In this document: positions 1-12,974 of the stretch, piece by piece
Layout: the number at the start of each line of letters is the position of its first letter
How positions within the stretch are numbered: position 1 is the stretch's first letter
Source: Octopus vulgaris
Taxonomy: Eukaryota
Reading direction: 5' to 3'
Assembly (NCBI GenBank): GCA_951406725.2
Contig: OX597825.1
Span: forward strand, 50,840,001-50,904,000
DNA: 64,000 nt
The notes under the pieces: model-generated
Told to the model about the DNA's origin: nothing
The model's input: the letters and a program-made list of their open reading frames with translations, nothing else
Database searches by the model: none
Position numbers and translations under genes: made by a program

Positions 1-608
1 ATGAAATTAAATAAACACTCCGAACACTCACAGTCTCTGTCATCTCACTTTCTCTCTCTCCGTCTCCGTGTCTGTATCTCTGCTTCTCTCCGTTACAGTA
101 CCATTTATCAGTCTCAACAAAAGAAGTCAACAGGGTAAATCATTGGCAACAAAAGAAGATGAGGACGAAGAAAAGAAGAAAAAGAAGACGAAGAAGTAAA
201 GGAAAAAAAGAGTTATCTCTTCATTATTATATTCATTTCTCAGAGGAAAAAAAAAAACTATTTTAATGAATTATTTATCATAGCACACGATTGTAAAATG
301 GCCGACAAATCATAGTAGCCATATTATTTTTGTTTTGTTATCTTTGTTGTTGTTCTTTTTGTTATCTTTTGTTGATTTTGTCGTTGTAGTGGTGGTGGTT
401 TTTAATGTTAGTTTTCGTCATATTTATTTATGTTTTTTTTTGTTTTCTTCATTTCTTTTGATGGAGAACACTGATTTAGCATAACGCACTATGAATTCTT
501 TCAGTAAGTCTCTGAAATCTTCTCTTGTAATAAAAAATTAAATCATATGACTTACTTGAAGAAAAATAGGCGGGGAGGAACAGAAGAAAGAGAGAAATAT
601 GTACACAA

Positions 609-650
<42 letters not shown>

Positions 651-1672
651 ACATACGTACATACGTACATATATGTATGCTTATATATAAATATCTAAAT
701 ATATGTGTGTGTAAAAGAAAGAGAGTGTGTGAGTGTGTGTGTGTGTGTGTGCGAGTGAATATGTGTGTGGTTAAAAAGAAACGAAAAAGATTGACATTAT
801 CAGGTCACTGTTAAGTATCATGTGTTGTAGTGAATAGGCAATAGCGAGACCAAGTGCTGAACTCTGGGGTAATACTGGATAAGAGTTTGGTAAATAGCAG
901 TGATACATGCAAAAGATATTGAATTTTGGTATAGAATATGAGAAAGAGGGTGGCAGAGAAAGCGAAAGAAGGCATGTGTATGTGAGAGAGAAAGAAGGCG
1001 AGAGAAAGAGAGAGTATTAAGTATTAAGAGTAAGTGGGGGATGACAGAGTTTGAAAATATATATGAGTAGAATGGCGGCCCTTCATGTTCTGAATTTATG
1101 TCTCAGTTGAGGTCAACACTGTCTTCTACTCTTGTGGGGTCGTTGAAATATTGTATCAGTGAAAAGTCGATATATTTCTGTAAAGATATATCGATATGAA
1201 CAGAATTCTAATTGAAGGTGGCAATAGAAATAAATAAGTAGAAAGTTAGTTGACAAAGTATACATACAGGCTGTAGGGAATCAGAAAAAGAAGGATAGAG
1301 TGAGAAGGGGGCAGGGCATGAAAGAAAGATGGCAAAAGGAAATGGTTGTAGGGAGTGATCAAAATTTCAATGAGAGCGAAGTAAAAGGGAAAGGAGTGAA
1401 TTAGATAGCGCTGAGATAAGACAACGGCCACAAAGCACTAGTTAAGAATGCGCACACACTCATACATAGAAATATTTTATAGATCTACGTGGATATGAAT
1501 ATGTGTATATGTGTATTAATTATATAGACTATGCATGTATTTATGTATATATATATTTATAATGTATATGCGTGTATGTATACGCATTATATTTATATTA
1601 ATATTTTCATCCTTCGACATTTCAAGGGAATTAAGAATATAGACGGTTTATTTACTTAAGGAGTGACTGAGA

Positions 1673-1835
1673 GCGCAGGAGTGGCTATGTGGTAAGTAGT
1701 TCTGCTTACCAATCACATGGTTCCGGGTTCAGTCCTACTCCGTGGCACCTTAGACAAGTATTTTCCACTATAGCCTTGGAACGACCAAAGCTTTGTGAGT
1801 GGATTTGGTAGGCGGAAACTGAAAGGAGCCCGTCG
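1673..1835 (+). mobile_element. tRNA-derived SINE family A, 5' part only
   Basis: Head GCGCAGGAGTGGCTATGTGGTAAG (A box-like) and GGTTCAGTCC (B box-like); body colinear with the copies at 4782 and 47878; ends at GCCCGTCG. Confidence 0.8.
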
Positions 1836-1842
1836 AAGACCT

Positions 1843-1898
1843 AATACCTAATGTATCAAGCCGATACGTTTTCGCCACCATTTTGAAACAGTCTTGTT

Positions 1899-1970
<72 letters not shown>

Positions 1971-2121
1971 GTATGAGTGTGTAAAGTCCCTTGATTCATT
2001 GCTTTATGCACTTGAATTTACGAGAACCCCCTCTGGACTAAACAAGACTGCTTTCCAAAATGGTGGCGAAAACATTTCTCCGTGTGATCGGCTTGAAAAA
2101 TCGTTTAGACATTAGGGTATT
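1843..2121. repeat. imperfect inverted repeat around a (TA)n spacer (MITE-like or fold-back unit)
   Basis: 1855-1900 TCAAGCCGAT..TTTTCGCCACCATTTTGAAACAGTCTTGTTTA is the reverse complement of 2039-2096 TAAACAAGACTG..CAAAATGGTGGCGAAAA..ATCGGCTTGA. Confidence 0.7.
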
Positions 2122-2367
2122 TTCCTAATTTTCTTAACAGGAAACCAATAAATAAATTATATCCACTAATGCGGTGCTGAGCATTCATTTTCATCCTTCG
2201 ACATCTACGTGTATATATACATACATACATACATACATACATACATGCATATATATATAAGTATGTGTTTAAATAATATATATACATTCTTTCATTCTTT
2301 TATAAAAGATACACATAACTCCCCCCACACACACACTCACATACACTAACACACACACACACACACC

Positions 2368-2406
<39 letters not shown>

Positions 2407-2693
2407 TGGGGTGAAGTGGGAGACCGAGAGAGTCATTTATGAGACTCTGGTGGTACCCAGACCTAACGACCATAGTAACAACAGCAATGGTTCAACCAAC
2501 ACCATCGACGACGACGGCAGTCATATCACCACCGGTGACAGCGACAGCAACACCGGCACTACGGCCAGGGATGACTACTCTAACGACAATACCCACACCG
2601 ATATTGTCCGACTCGCACCTCGCAATAACACCACCGATAAGAACTCCAGTAACATCAGGATTCTCTGTCAGGATTCCGGGCAGATGATTCGTC

Positions 2694-2948
2694 ACGTCCC
2701 TGGCAAACCACATATGGCACCTTAAAGGTGAAGGAACCCCATACGACATCAAATGGAGTGTCTTAGAGCAGCAGGGATCTTATATCACCGGGAGCGAACA
2801 CTGTAAGCTTGGCGTAGCTGAGCGAGCAAGGACCCCCAAAGACTTTCTTGAAGCAGGATTATTAAATTCCCGACACGAGATTTATAGTTTCTGCCGACAT
2901 TTTAAACGTTACCTGCCGCAAGCAGGGGATTCCCCATTCATCGATTAG
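2694..2948 (+). mobile_element. Penelope-like element (Naiad-like), GIY-YIG endonuclease C-terminal remnant
   Basis: Manual translation TSLANHIWHLKGEGTPYDIKWSVLEQQGSYITGSEHCKLGVAE..LLNSRHEIYSFCRHFKRYL; same T.L..HIW.LK..W / C.LC..E / LN.R.E..CRH pattern as the copies at 37100-37400 and 58750-59003. Confidence 0.75.
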
Positions 2949-3559
2949 GTCCGAAAAAGGCCTTACAAGCTAGAAGCAACCTAAGGACGGAGTTCCCTGT
3001 TTGCCATTTTAACCCACATGGACTGCCAACTGAACTGGTCTAAGGGAAATAACCTGTCCTCGCCGAATGGACTGCTTATTCTTTGTTTACTTACTAAATG
3101 ACCAAAACGGAATTCCATCTCCATAGTTTGAAGAGCTATACGGCCTTCGCCATTAGAATCCGATAAGTCGTCCATAAAGTGCATGTCTTTATAGATGTAA
3201 AACCATTGGTCACTCAATGACCGGACATCTGCATATATACATACTCGAAGGTAACCGCTCAGATAAAAAAATGTAAATAACAAAATTAGAGAATATAAAT
3301 AATTGAATGTACGCCAGTAGCTATGTGTTGAATAAATGGGAAAAAAAGAATATAAATTAGCAAGTGATTTTTATAGAACCCTTTCTTATTATCTATATTT
3401 CTATGGCCAGATCTATAGCTATTCGAAGTGCTTTCGGTTTGTAACCAATAACTGTACAAACAATCAGTGACAATGCTCAACTTATTCTGAAGGTGTAACA
3501 CATCTAGCTACAACAAAATTAACAAAGAATTGAACCAGTATATTTGAAATTGTGGTAAG

Positions 3560-4735
3560 ACTTTTAAAGATATTAAAATAGAACATACGCCAAAGTGACT
3601 CTTTATGTTCTCTACATCGATAATACTCAAAATAAAACCTGCGAATCTTGCTTGTGTAGAACTTTTAAATAATGTTCAAAAGTGCATCCCATAATGTGTG
3701 AAATTAAATATGAATATGAAACTGGTTACAATGAATCGATAATTATCTAGCTTTATTGTAAAATATTATTGACGATGGAGGAGACACAGCAGTAATTTTT
3801 AACATAAATGTGACGGGAATTTGTTGGAAACGAACTTATATTTCTAAAGAACTGCACCAGGTGTCAAGACTGCCAAAGACCATATGATATGCTTACTTGG
3901 TAGTAATTCTCCAAAGGATCTAGAAGGCGAAACCATGAGTTATTTACCATTTTGCGACAATGGTAACTATGAAAGGATGCACTCAGTCTCATCTCTTGTC
4001 ATGGGGATAGATAAAATAATTAGTTTTTGTTGTATTTCGTTGAAAGAATATTATCGGGAAATTAAAGTCATGATTCTTGTGAACACTGATCCAGATCCCC
4101 TACCCACCTTTGCTGCTTTTTAAACACAACCAGCTTGAGTTAACCAATGGATCAGTGGGGTTATTGCTTCATTCAAATCTTACAAATTAAGGTACTTCAC
4201 ATAAGCAATTGATTAAGTTATTAGATATGAATCAGAACCAATTGTAAAAAAAAAAATTGGTGTGGTTATCATGTTTTGATTGCAATTAGAAATGTAGCTG
4301 CCACATAGTAAGAAGTTAAAATTTAACACAATTTGCCTTGTCTGGAGAAAAATACTTCTATCCTAATTCTATTGCAGACTTTCTGCGTTTAGAAAAGCCA
4401 AAAGCCAACGCAAAATGTTCACCAGTAGAGTTTTGAAATGGAACACCTAGCTGAATTTAATGAAATAAATGAAATGTCGCGTAGCTATGCGAATCTAAAG
4501 AGAACCTCGTAGAGACGGAACAGTACCGTGAGGATAAAAATGAAAAAGAGAGTGATGAAATGGAACACCACGAATTTTAATACTTTGAAAAGTGCATATT
4601 GGCTTTCAGGTTTCTAGTTAAAGCTTTAACCATTTTCACAAAAATAGATCCTCTATGAGAGAGAATTTGGACACATCTGTGAGGATTTATGCAAGCAAAA
4701 GAAAAACGTACAACGAAACTTGAGGATGTTTTTCA
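3560..4735 (+). mobile_element. Tigger/pogo-family DNA transposase fossil
   Basis: Frameshifted pieces IFNINVTGICWK..RTYISKE..APGVKTAKDHMICLLGSN..KP.VIYH and NTTSLS*PMDQ.GVIASFKSYKLR match pogo/TIGD DDE_1 motifs (IFNxDETGLFWK, KDRLTLLLGxN, NTTSLIQPMDQGVI). Confidence 0.7.
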
Positions 4736-4781
4736 AGTAAATAATTATAATTTAGACATTTTTATGAATTTTCTTAACATA

Positions 4782-5215
4782 GGAGCAGGCGTGGCTGTGT
4801 AGTACGAAGCTTGCTTCTGACCACATAGTTTATGGTTCAGTCCCACTGCATGGCATCTTGGGCGAGTGTCTTCTACTATAGCCTCAAGTCGACCAAAGCC
4901 TTGTGAGTAGATTTGATAGACGGAAACTGAAAGAAGCCTATCGTATATATATATATGTGTGTGTGTGTGTTTATGTTTACATGCGCGTGTGTGTGTGTCT
5001 TTGTGTCTGTATTTGTACCCCCTACTACAATTTGACAAACGTTGCTGGTTTGTTTACGTTCCCTAACTGAATGATTCGGCAGAAAAAGAGCGATAAAATA
5101 AGTACCAGTCTACAAAAATTAACTCCTGGGGTCGATTAATCTTACTAAAAATCTTCTAAGGCGGTGTTCCAGCATGGTCACAGTCTAATGACTGAAACAA
5201 ATAAACGATAAAAGA
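4782..5215 (+). mobile_element. tRNA-derived SINE family A, near full length
   Basis: tRNA-like head, internal (TA)n(TG)n, tail CCAGCATGGTCACAGTCTAATGACTGAAACAA..AAAAGA; colinear with 47878-48315. Confidence 0.85.
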
Positions 5216-5218
5216 TAC

Positions 5219-5558
5219 AAGATCTCTTGGCAAGACTGAATAAGCAATGAAGAAGTCTTCGGGAGAACCAAGCAGAAAGGACTCAGCATCACTGTGGAAG
5301 ATCGTTGTCAGTGGTTTCTTGGACATGTCTTTAGAATGCTATCAACAAAACACCCAAAACGCTCCCTTGATTGGATGGCAGGGGGTGGAAAAAAGAAACG
5401 TAGATGCCCATTAATAACATGAAAGGGAATAGTACTGAAGGACCTAGATGCAGAGGATTTAAGCTGGGAGGAGGCCAAATCTCTTGCGGAAGACCACAGA
5501 GGACGGTGATCTTTTGTTCCTGCCCGATGTTCCACATGGAATACGAGGAACTAGCTAA
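5219..5558 (+). mobile_element. RTE-clade LINE 3' end fragment
   Basis: Translation ISWQD*ISNEEVFGR..WFLGHVFRM..HPKRSLDW..GKR..VLKDL..SWEEAKSLAEDH matches the RTE C-terminus (ISW.DRI.NEEV, W.GHV.RM, GRP..TW..V..DL); followed by (TACA)n. Confidence 0.75.
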
Positions 5559-5670
5559 CTAGTAACTAACATACACAAATGTACATATATAGTATTGATG
5601 TAAGCATATATACATGCATGCATACATACATACATACATACATACATACATACATACATACATACATACA

Positions 5671-5706
<36 letters not shown>

Positions 5707-5729
5707 TATACATACATACAATCATACAT

Positions 5730-6220
5730 CCGCTTGCAATAAATATCGAGTGTGAAAGCGTACTTAAAAAATCAGACGTAGGAGATTTCTTCCTGAGGTT
5801 AAAAATCAGACGTAGGAGATTTCTTCCTGAGAACAACCACGTTAAAGTGGAAATAAACACTACCCTCTTGGTTCGTATACTGTTTCCATCTAGAACAGAG
5901 ATTTTCTAACAGACTAGTTACCCAGTTACAAAATCACTGATTTTGTAACTATTTTCTATATACTGCAAGCGAGGTTAGGCCACTGTCAAGCCTGGCAAAC
6001 GAGTGCCCATCACCGAGGAGATCCAATAGCATTCAAATCACATGGTCTGATGGTCTCGAAGCTAAGGTGGACAGGAGTTATCTCCCGCTTGCAATAAATA
6101 TGACGTGCGAAAGTGCACCGAATTAACTAGCTGGAAGAGATGCCTTTATGGGGTTAAAACAGCAGTATCATCGTCTCTTAGAGAACACCCACGTTAAAGT
6201 GGCGATATAAACACTACCTC

Positions 6221-6222
<2 letters not shown>
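5730..6222. repeat. pair of diverged ~140-bp direct repeats; first copy has a 34-bp tandem duplication
   Basis: CCGCTTGCAATAAATAT...GAGAACA(A/C)CCACGTTAAAGTGG..TAAACACTACC at 5730-5869 and 6085-6222; TTAAAAATCAGACGTAGGAGATTTCTTCCTGAG occurs twice at 5764-5831. Confidence 0.7.
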
Positions 6223-6279
<57 letters not shown>

Positions 6280-6449
6280 TAGTTTTTGTGCTGAGTATTT
6301 TTACGTTGATCTAATTCCACACAATTTGTGTTTCTGTGCACGTGTTTATACATTTATAAATATATACATATAAACGTACTTGCAGATATATTTTTATATG
6401 CACTATGTATGTATGATATGAATGTATGTATGAATGTGTGAGTGTATAA

Positions 6450-6491
<42 letters not shown>

Positions 6492-6549
6492 CCTATATAA
6501 AACCATATAAACAGCAGACAGACAAACAAACAATTATATATATATATAT

Positions 6550-6621
<72 letters not shown>

Positions 6622-7119
6622 GCAGCTGTACATGTAGATAATCAAAGAAAACAATAATAGGAAAGGAAAGAAGGAAATGAAATTGAGTAGGTGAATCAAG
6701 AGGAAAATAACATTAGATGTTGAGAGAGAGGGGGATAAAATACACGGGAGGATGAAAGGGGACTGCAAGGTAAACAGACACTACATATTTAAATAGAGCG
6801 TGAGTGAGTGTGACACAAAGAGAGGAAGAAAGAGGTTATACATGCATAGAGAAAACGACAGAGGCAAGGGTGGGGCGTGGTAAGTGAACATCTCAAACAG
6901 TAAGTGAGAAAGAATAGAGAAAATAAAAAAAAATCATATTCAGATCATTGAAGTGAAGAACAGAGAGACAATGAATCAAAGTATGAATTTTAAGATGATT
7001 ATTAGAAGATGCTGTGTAAGCAATTTAAAACACATAAGTATAGAGGATAGAGGAAGAAGATGAAGAAGAAAAAGAAGAAGGAGAAGAAGAAGAAGAAGAA
7101 GAAGAAGAAGAAGAAGAAG

Positions 7120-7152
<33 letters not shown>

Positions 7153-7692
7153 AACAAAAACAAGGAAGAGTAGCAGGAATAGGAGTAGGAAAAGAGGATG
7201 GAGAAGGAGAAGTGAGAAAATTATCGATTTTGGTAACTATGATATTAGTTTATGTAGACAAAATATTATATATAGTCAATATTGATCACTGCAAACAACG
7301 GAAAAAGTTGCGCCTGACAGTATCAACAGTCAGCACACACACACACACACTTACATACACACATACACATACACATACACATCACAAGCACACGTGTATG
7401 TACACTCTTCCACACAGACTCACAGACAGGCAGGCAGACACACACATACACACGCACACATATATGTATATAAATGTATATAAATATTCATACGATGATA
7501 CATAAGCTTAAATATGACATACTAGTACGGTTACCTGAAAAAACTACTGAGTACATACTTGGAGTGTCAAGAGTATCAAATGTATTATGACTGTTGGAAA
7601 GTTGAATATTTCCCATTGACTGGTAGTCAGTGGGAGACAGAGAGAAATGAGAAAGAGATTTTAGGATTAAGTCTTGCCAATTCGTAATACTA

Positions 7693-7800
7693 GTTTCAAA
7701 TTTTGGCGGAAGACCGGAAATTTTGGGGGATGGGATAAGACATTTACATCGACCCTTGTTCTCGACTAGTACTTATTTCATCGACCCCGAAACTATGATG
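7693..7800 (-). mobile_element. SINE family B fragment
   Basis: TTACATCGACCC..CTAGTACTTATTTCATCGACCCCGAAA matches the family B core seen at 21000-21800. Confidence 0.6.
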
Positions 7801-8028
7801 ACCTTATAAGAAAATGTGTTCATTTATAAATATGTAGATAGGTATACAGTGGGAAGAAAAACGAAAGAAAAGAAAGAAAAAATGCTTTGTAATGAAATTT
7901 CAATCGGTTGACCATTTCAGATTGAAAAAAACCTCTGTCTCTGTCTGACTGTCTGTCTGTCTGTCTGTCTCTCTATCCATCTGTTGTCTGTTGTCTGTCT
8001 GTCAGCTTGTCTATCTATCTATCTATCA

Positions 8029-8138
<110 letters not shown>

Positions 8139-8507
8139 GTAGCTATCTATCCTTTCCCCATCCTTTATTATTTTCTCCTCTTTCTTGATTGTCCAGAAAC
8201 CTATCTCTCTTTCCCACCTCTTTGCATCTTTCTCTCTTATCTCCCCACAAAAAGTATTTTTCTCCTTTTGCAAACAAAACAATATGGCCTCAGGTTCATA
8301 CAAATGAACAACGAAACGTTCTGGTTTTACCATTTTTATTTTGTTTTCACGAATTCGATAAACGAAGGAAAGCGCGAATAAAGAATTATCCAAAATTTCG
8401 ACTGCCTCCTTTTTCTCAATATACGATATCTGTACCCAAATTTAAACACACTATACATGCAGAGTAAAATTAAATAGGGAGTAGATACTGTTTCATTATA
8501 TATATAT

Positions 8508-8544
<37 letters not shown>

Positions 8545-8627
8545 GCATATATGTATTACGTATGTATATATATAATATATATATACTTATATATGCATAC
8601 ATAATCATATATATGTATATCTATCTG

Positions 8628-8744
<117 letters not shown>

Positions 8745-8751
8745 ATATATA

Positions 8752-9473
8752 TAGGGTGTCCTAAAAGTCATTGAGGTTTTCAATTTTTATAACTTCCTTA
8801 ACTTTACAAATAAAAGCAGGAAAGTTTCTTACAATATAAAGGACACAGGGGAAATTAATATGCACAAGTCAAATTTTGCAACACCCCTACATAACATATT
8901 AAAAATGATATCGCTGAAATGGCAGCCATTTTCGATTTGTTGGCGAAAACCCACTCTTTCAGGTATCCTCACAAGAAAAAATCCAGGCTAGTCAAGTTTG
9001 GGGAGTATGAAGGCCAGTTGACATTGTCGTAACGGGAGATTATTCTCTCTCCAAAGCACCGTCGTAGCAACTGCATTGTTTCTCTTGCTGGAACTATGTG
9101 TGAGGTCAACTTAGAATGGCCAGGCGCAGAAAAGGTCTCAATCATGGATATCTGAAAGAGAGGGTTTAGGTCAACAAACCGGATACCCTGGTGCGACTGA
9201 AGGAGAATATATCAATAGAGAAATCAGAGAAGTGGAGTTTCAAACTCTTAAGGGTGTTATGGTGCAAGTTTTGGAAAGAGCTTGGTAGTGCGAAGCCGAT
9301 GTCATTTAAACGATGTCCTTTTCATATGTAATGCAGGGGTGTTGCAAAATTTGACTTGTGCATATTAAATTTCATTATGTCCTTTACATTGTATCAAAAT
9401 GTCATGCTTTTATTTGTAAAGTTAAGGAAGTTATTAAAAATTGAAACCCATCAGGGACTTTCGGAACACCCTG
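8752..9473. mobile_element. palindromic non-autonomous Tc1/mariner derivative built from two transposase 3' ends
   Basis: TIRs (T/C)AGGGTG..CACCCTG in TA context, ~180-bp inverted arms; minus arm encodes WPSYSP.LTSLDFFL*GYLKEWVF, plus arm encodes GYLKERV*VNKPDTLVRLKENI..HLNDVLF (WPxxSPDL..DFFLWGYLK motif). Confidence 0.8.
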
Positions 9474-10051
9474 TATATATATATATATATACACACACAC
9501 ATACACATACACAGATATACATATACATCGACCAAAATATTTTCCACATACCTTCTCTTTTTTACCCTGTGAGCAAATGATAAAACCTCTACCTCACATC
9601 CTAGGCCCTCATTCACATATATACTATTGTTACGTTACAAATCCGTGTCAAATAGCCTCTCCAATTTTTTCCAGTTCTTCCCATTATCTTCATTCTAGAA
9701 CCTTTAAAATGTGGATTTCAGAAGTAACATTTTCCCCCATCAAATTCCCTACCACAGAAACAATCATGACCTATTGAAACACTCTGTAGCCTCGCAAACA
9801 CTATCTTTCTGATAGTGTCAACGACACACTTGTCGCTCAGACATTTCTCTTGGAAAATTTGAGGAAATTTTTCACAAAGTGGATTATCAAGTGTTTTTGT
9901 TTGAGTAACTATACAAATATGTGTGTGTGTATATTTATATATAATGCATACCGCTTTGAAGTCACAGTACATACATACAGTCAGACAGACACACACACAT
10001 ACACGCACACACACTCACACACATACACAAATACACACACTTGCATATATG

Positions 10052-10169
<118 letters not shown>

Positions 10170-10392
10170 CAAATGAAATCCAGAGTTTCTGAGAGAAGAT
10201 ATCTAGTAATTTTCAAATGATTCAGAATTTGATTGCGATGTTTTTACAGGGGATCAGTTCAAGAGTAAAGAATGGCTGTAAGAGGGATCAAGTTGAGCAG
10301 ATATGGAGACAATAATGAGGGTAAAGAAATTAGGTGTAATAGCTTTGGTATAAAATACAAAATATGTATATATGGATACATACAAAACAAAG

Positions 10393-10888
10393 AATATTTA
10401 AGTATAAACATATAGATATTAATATTGATAGATCCACCTTACACAGAGTACAAACGACAAGGATTAAAGGGAGGCAAAAATGTGTTATAAGTCCAACAGG
10501 TGTTTCTGGGGGATCGAAAATCCATGATAATGTTGATAGATGCAGTTCATCATAATATGCAACCATAATGGAAACAATCAACATGATAAATCGATAGATC
10601 GTACATTTCAGATCATAATGCAGAGAAGATCGGAAATGTAAGATCACCGACCTGATGGTAGAGGCTTGTTTTATCCAATGTCGATTGCTTCCATTACGGC
10701 TGCATATTGTGATGAACTACATCTACAAACATTATGATGGATTTCCGAGCCCCCAGAAACACCTGTTGGACTGATAACATCTTTCTTCTTCACTCTTAGT
10801 TTTTCTTTTGTTTTTTACTCTGTGTGGGTTGGCTCTATTAATATTGGCTCTATTAATATAAATATCATTATATTTATACTTAGATATT
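10393..10888. repeat. ~500-bp imperfect palindrome (fold-back unit, probably PLE pLTR-derived)
   Basis: AGTCCAACAGGTGTTTCTGGGGG on the left versus CCCCCAGAAACACCTGTTGGACT on the right; central hairpin GATCGTACATTTCAGATC / GATCGGAAATGTAAGATC. Confidence 0.8.
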
Positions 10889-12582
10889 CACCGTCTCAAA
10901 ACCTTCTATTATTTTCCCTTTCAACCCTTTCTGTGGAAGAGATGTATTAGTTTGAAAGACTTTTCCATTCTTCACGAACATGAACCTAATACTTCTGCTT
11001 TATTTACAAGGAAGTGACTTCAAAGTTTCGGCTCGCTAGCCATTAGTCTGATTTAGTTTAGTTTTAAAATCATATATATAATGTTTATGAAAGCGTGTTC
11101 CTTTGCTAGGTGGGGCAATACATTTGAAAATGAGCAAGCGAAAAGAAAGCCGAAATGGTTGCGTAGGAAGAGGAGATGGTGAAGGACATAAGAAAGGTAT
11201 ATATTTGTAGGCCATAGGTGGAAAGGCAGAGATGATGGAGACAGTTTTCTGGCTTGATAAAGGATGTCTTATTGTTTGGGTTCACTCGGGCATGTATGCA
11301 AAGCACAAATAGCGGGAACACAATAGATCTTTGTTGACAACTGCATGTAAGCACTTTAATATTTCCAATATATTATAAACAAGAATATTATCTACTCACG
11401 AAATTCTATGATAGGTTGAATGCTATATTAATAACATCACACTCGAGAGAGATGAGTGAGAGAAACAAATAGGATTGACTTTTCAACGGTATCATCAAAA
11501 GTTTAAAAATTAATGTACCAAAATTTAGTTTAAACCATCTAAGATGTATATTATTGGAGGAATAACGGATCGATTTTAAAAGAATTCATAGGCTGATAAT
11601 CGAACGTGGTACTAGTTTGAAATATATTGCAATTCGACCTCGTTTATTGAACATAAGCCGATCAACAAGATGGTTATAGACCTGTTTAAAAATTTTAAAT
11701 ATAAACTAGGCATGTATTTCTCCCACCTTCTATTCATGTTAAGAAGTTTCTAATTACTGTAGCACAGACTCCTGTATCCCTGGATAAACCATTGTAGTTT
11801 ATTTTCTAATTAAAAATAAACATTTTGAAAGCCTAGAAATATAAACTATAATGTGGATACAGTAACTAAATCGATGACGCTTCATAAAAATTACGCTATC
11901 TACGACAAATGTATGAAAAAATGTTTCATATATCTTGCGTATATCTATTGACAACAAATGTCTATTTTTTTACGTAGGAAATTTTTCTAAGCTCAATAAA
12001 CGATCTACCTACCATTAAAAATATTTTTATGGTATTTAATGGCAGATATATAGAAATATTGACCAATCCCCTTCTTCAAATAATTAGCTTTTTCTCATAA
12101 ATGCTAAATAGGTAGTTAAGTCACTAGGATTTTTGAAGGATGCCTCAATATTGGTAAAACATAGCGACAGCTTAATGTAGACAATAAGTCAGATAAACCA
12201 GATTATGCCGTAGCTATGCAACTTGAAGTTTTAGTGAACTGGAAGTGCACTTAAGGACGTATTTTTAATACTCAGATTTTCTTATTCGTATCCACACTTT
12301 GAACTTGCTCCAGCATAACGAAGCGTCAGTCAATTGGGCGTATTCGGCTAGTGTTAAGTGTCTCGTTAATGGATAAATCTAGGTTAGTCACACTTAGACC
12401 GAAGATCTCTCTCTCTCTCTCTCTCTCTCTCAATGACCCACACTCTCTATTTCTCTTTTTCTTTCTCTGGTAAACAATCATTAACAAACAGTTTGATGCA
12501 GGTATATGAGAGATAACATCTTTTCACACACACACACGCATGCACACACACACACACGCACACACACGCGCACGCACACATG

Positions 12583-12615
<33 letters not shown>

Positions 12616-12616
12616 G

Positions 12617-12872
12617 GTGCTTTTACCTGCCACCGCCTCTGGCATCGGCCATGCTTGGATAGTGCATTTTTACGAGGCCTTCTCAAACACAGCATATGGC
12701 CCGACGATTGAAGTGTATATTTAAACGGGCCGGCTGTGACCCTGGCATCGGTCAAGGATACGATCTCACTTGGCTTTCGGGTCTTCTCAAGCACAACATA
12801 TCTCCAAAGGTCTCGGTCGCTTGCCGTTGCCTCTGTGACACCCAACTTTTGAAGGTCGTTCTTCACTACCCA
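12617..12872 (-). mobile_element. RTE-clade LINE 3' end fragment
   Basis: VVKNDLQKLGVTEATASDRDLWRYVVLEKTR is an RTE-type C-terminus (V..DL...A.DR..WR); flanked by microsatellites. Confidence 0.65.
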
Positions 12873-12898
12873 TTATATGTATATACATATACATACAT

Positions 12899-12971
<73 letters not shown>

Positions 12972-12974
12972 AAA

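Noticed and set aside
1-600. Possible 5' UTR or exon on the minus strand
   Set aside because: Purine- and pyrimidine-rich low-complexity sequence; the ATG near 322 closes after 14 codons
11106-11354. Possible PLE N-terminal remnant (SFIKPENCLHHLCL)
   Set aside because: Similarity to 39400-39480 is too weak to call
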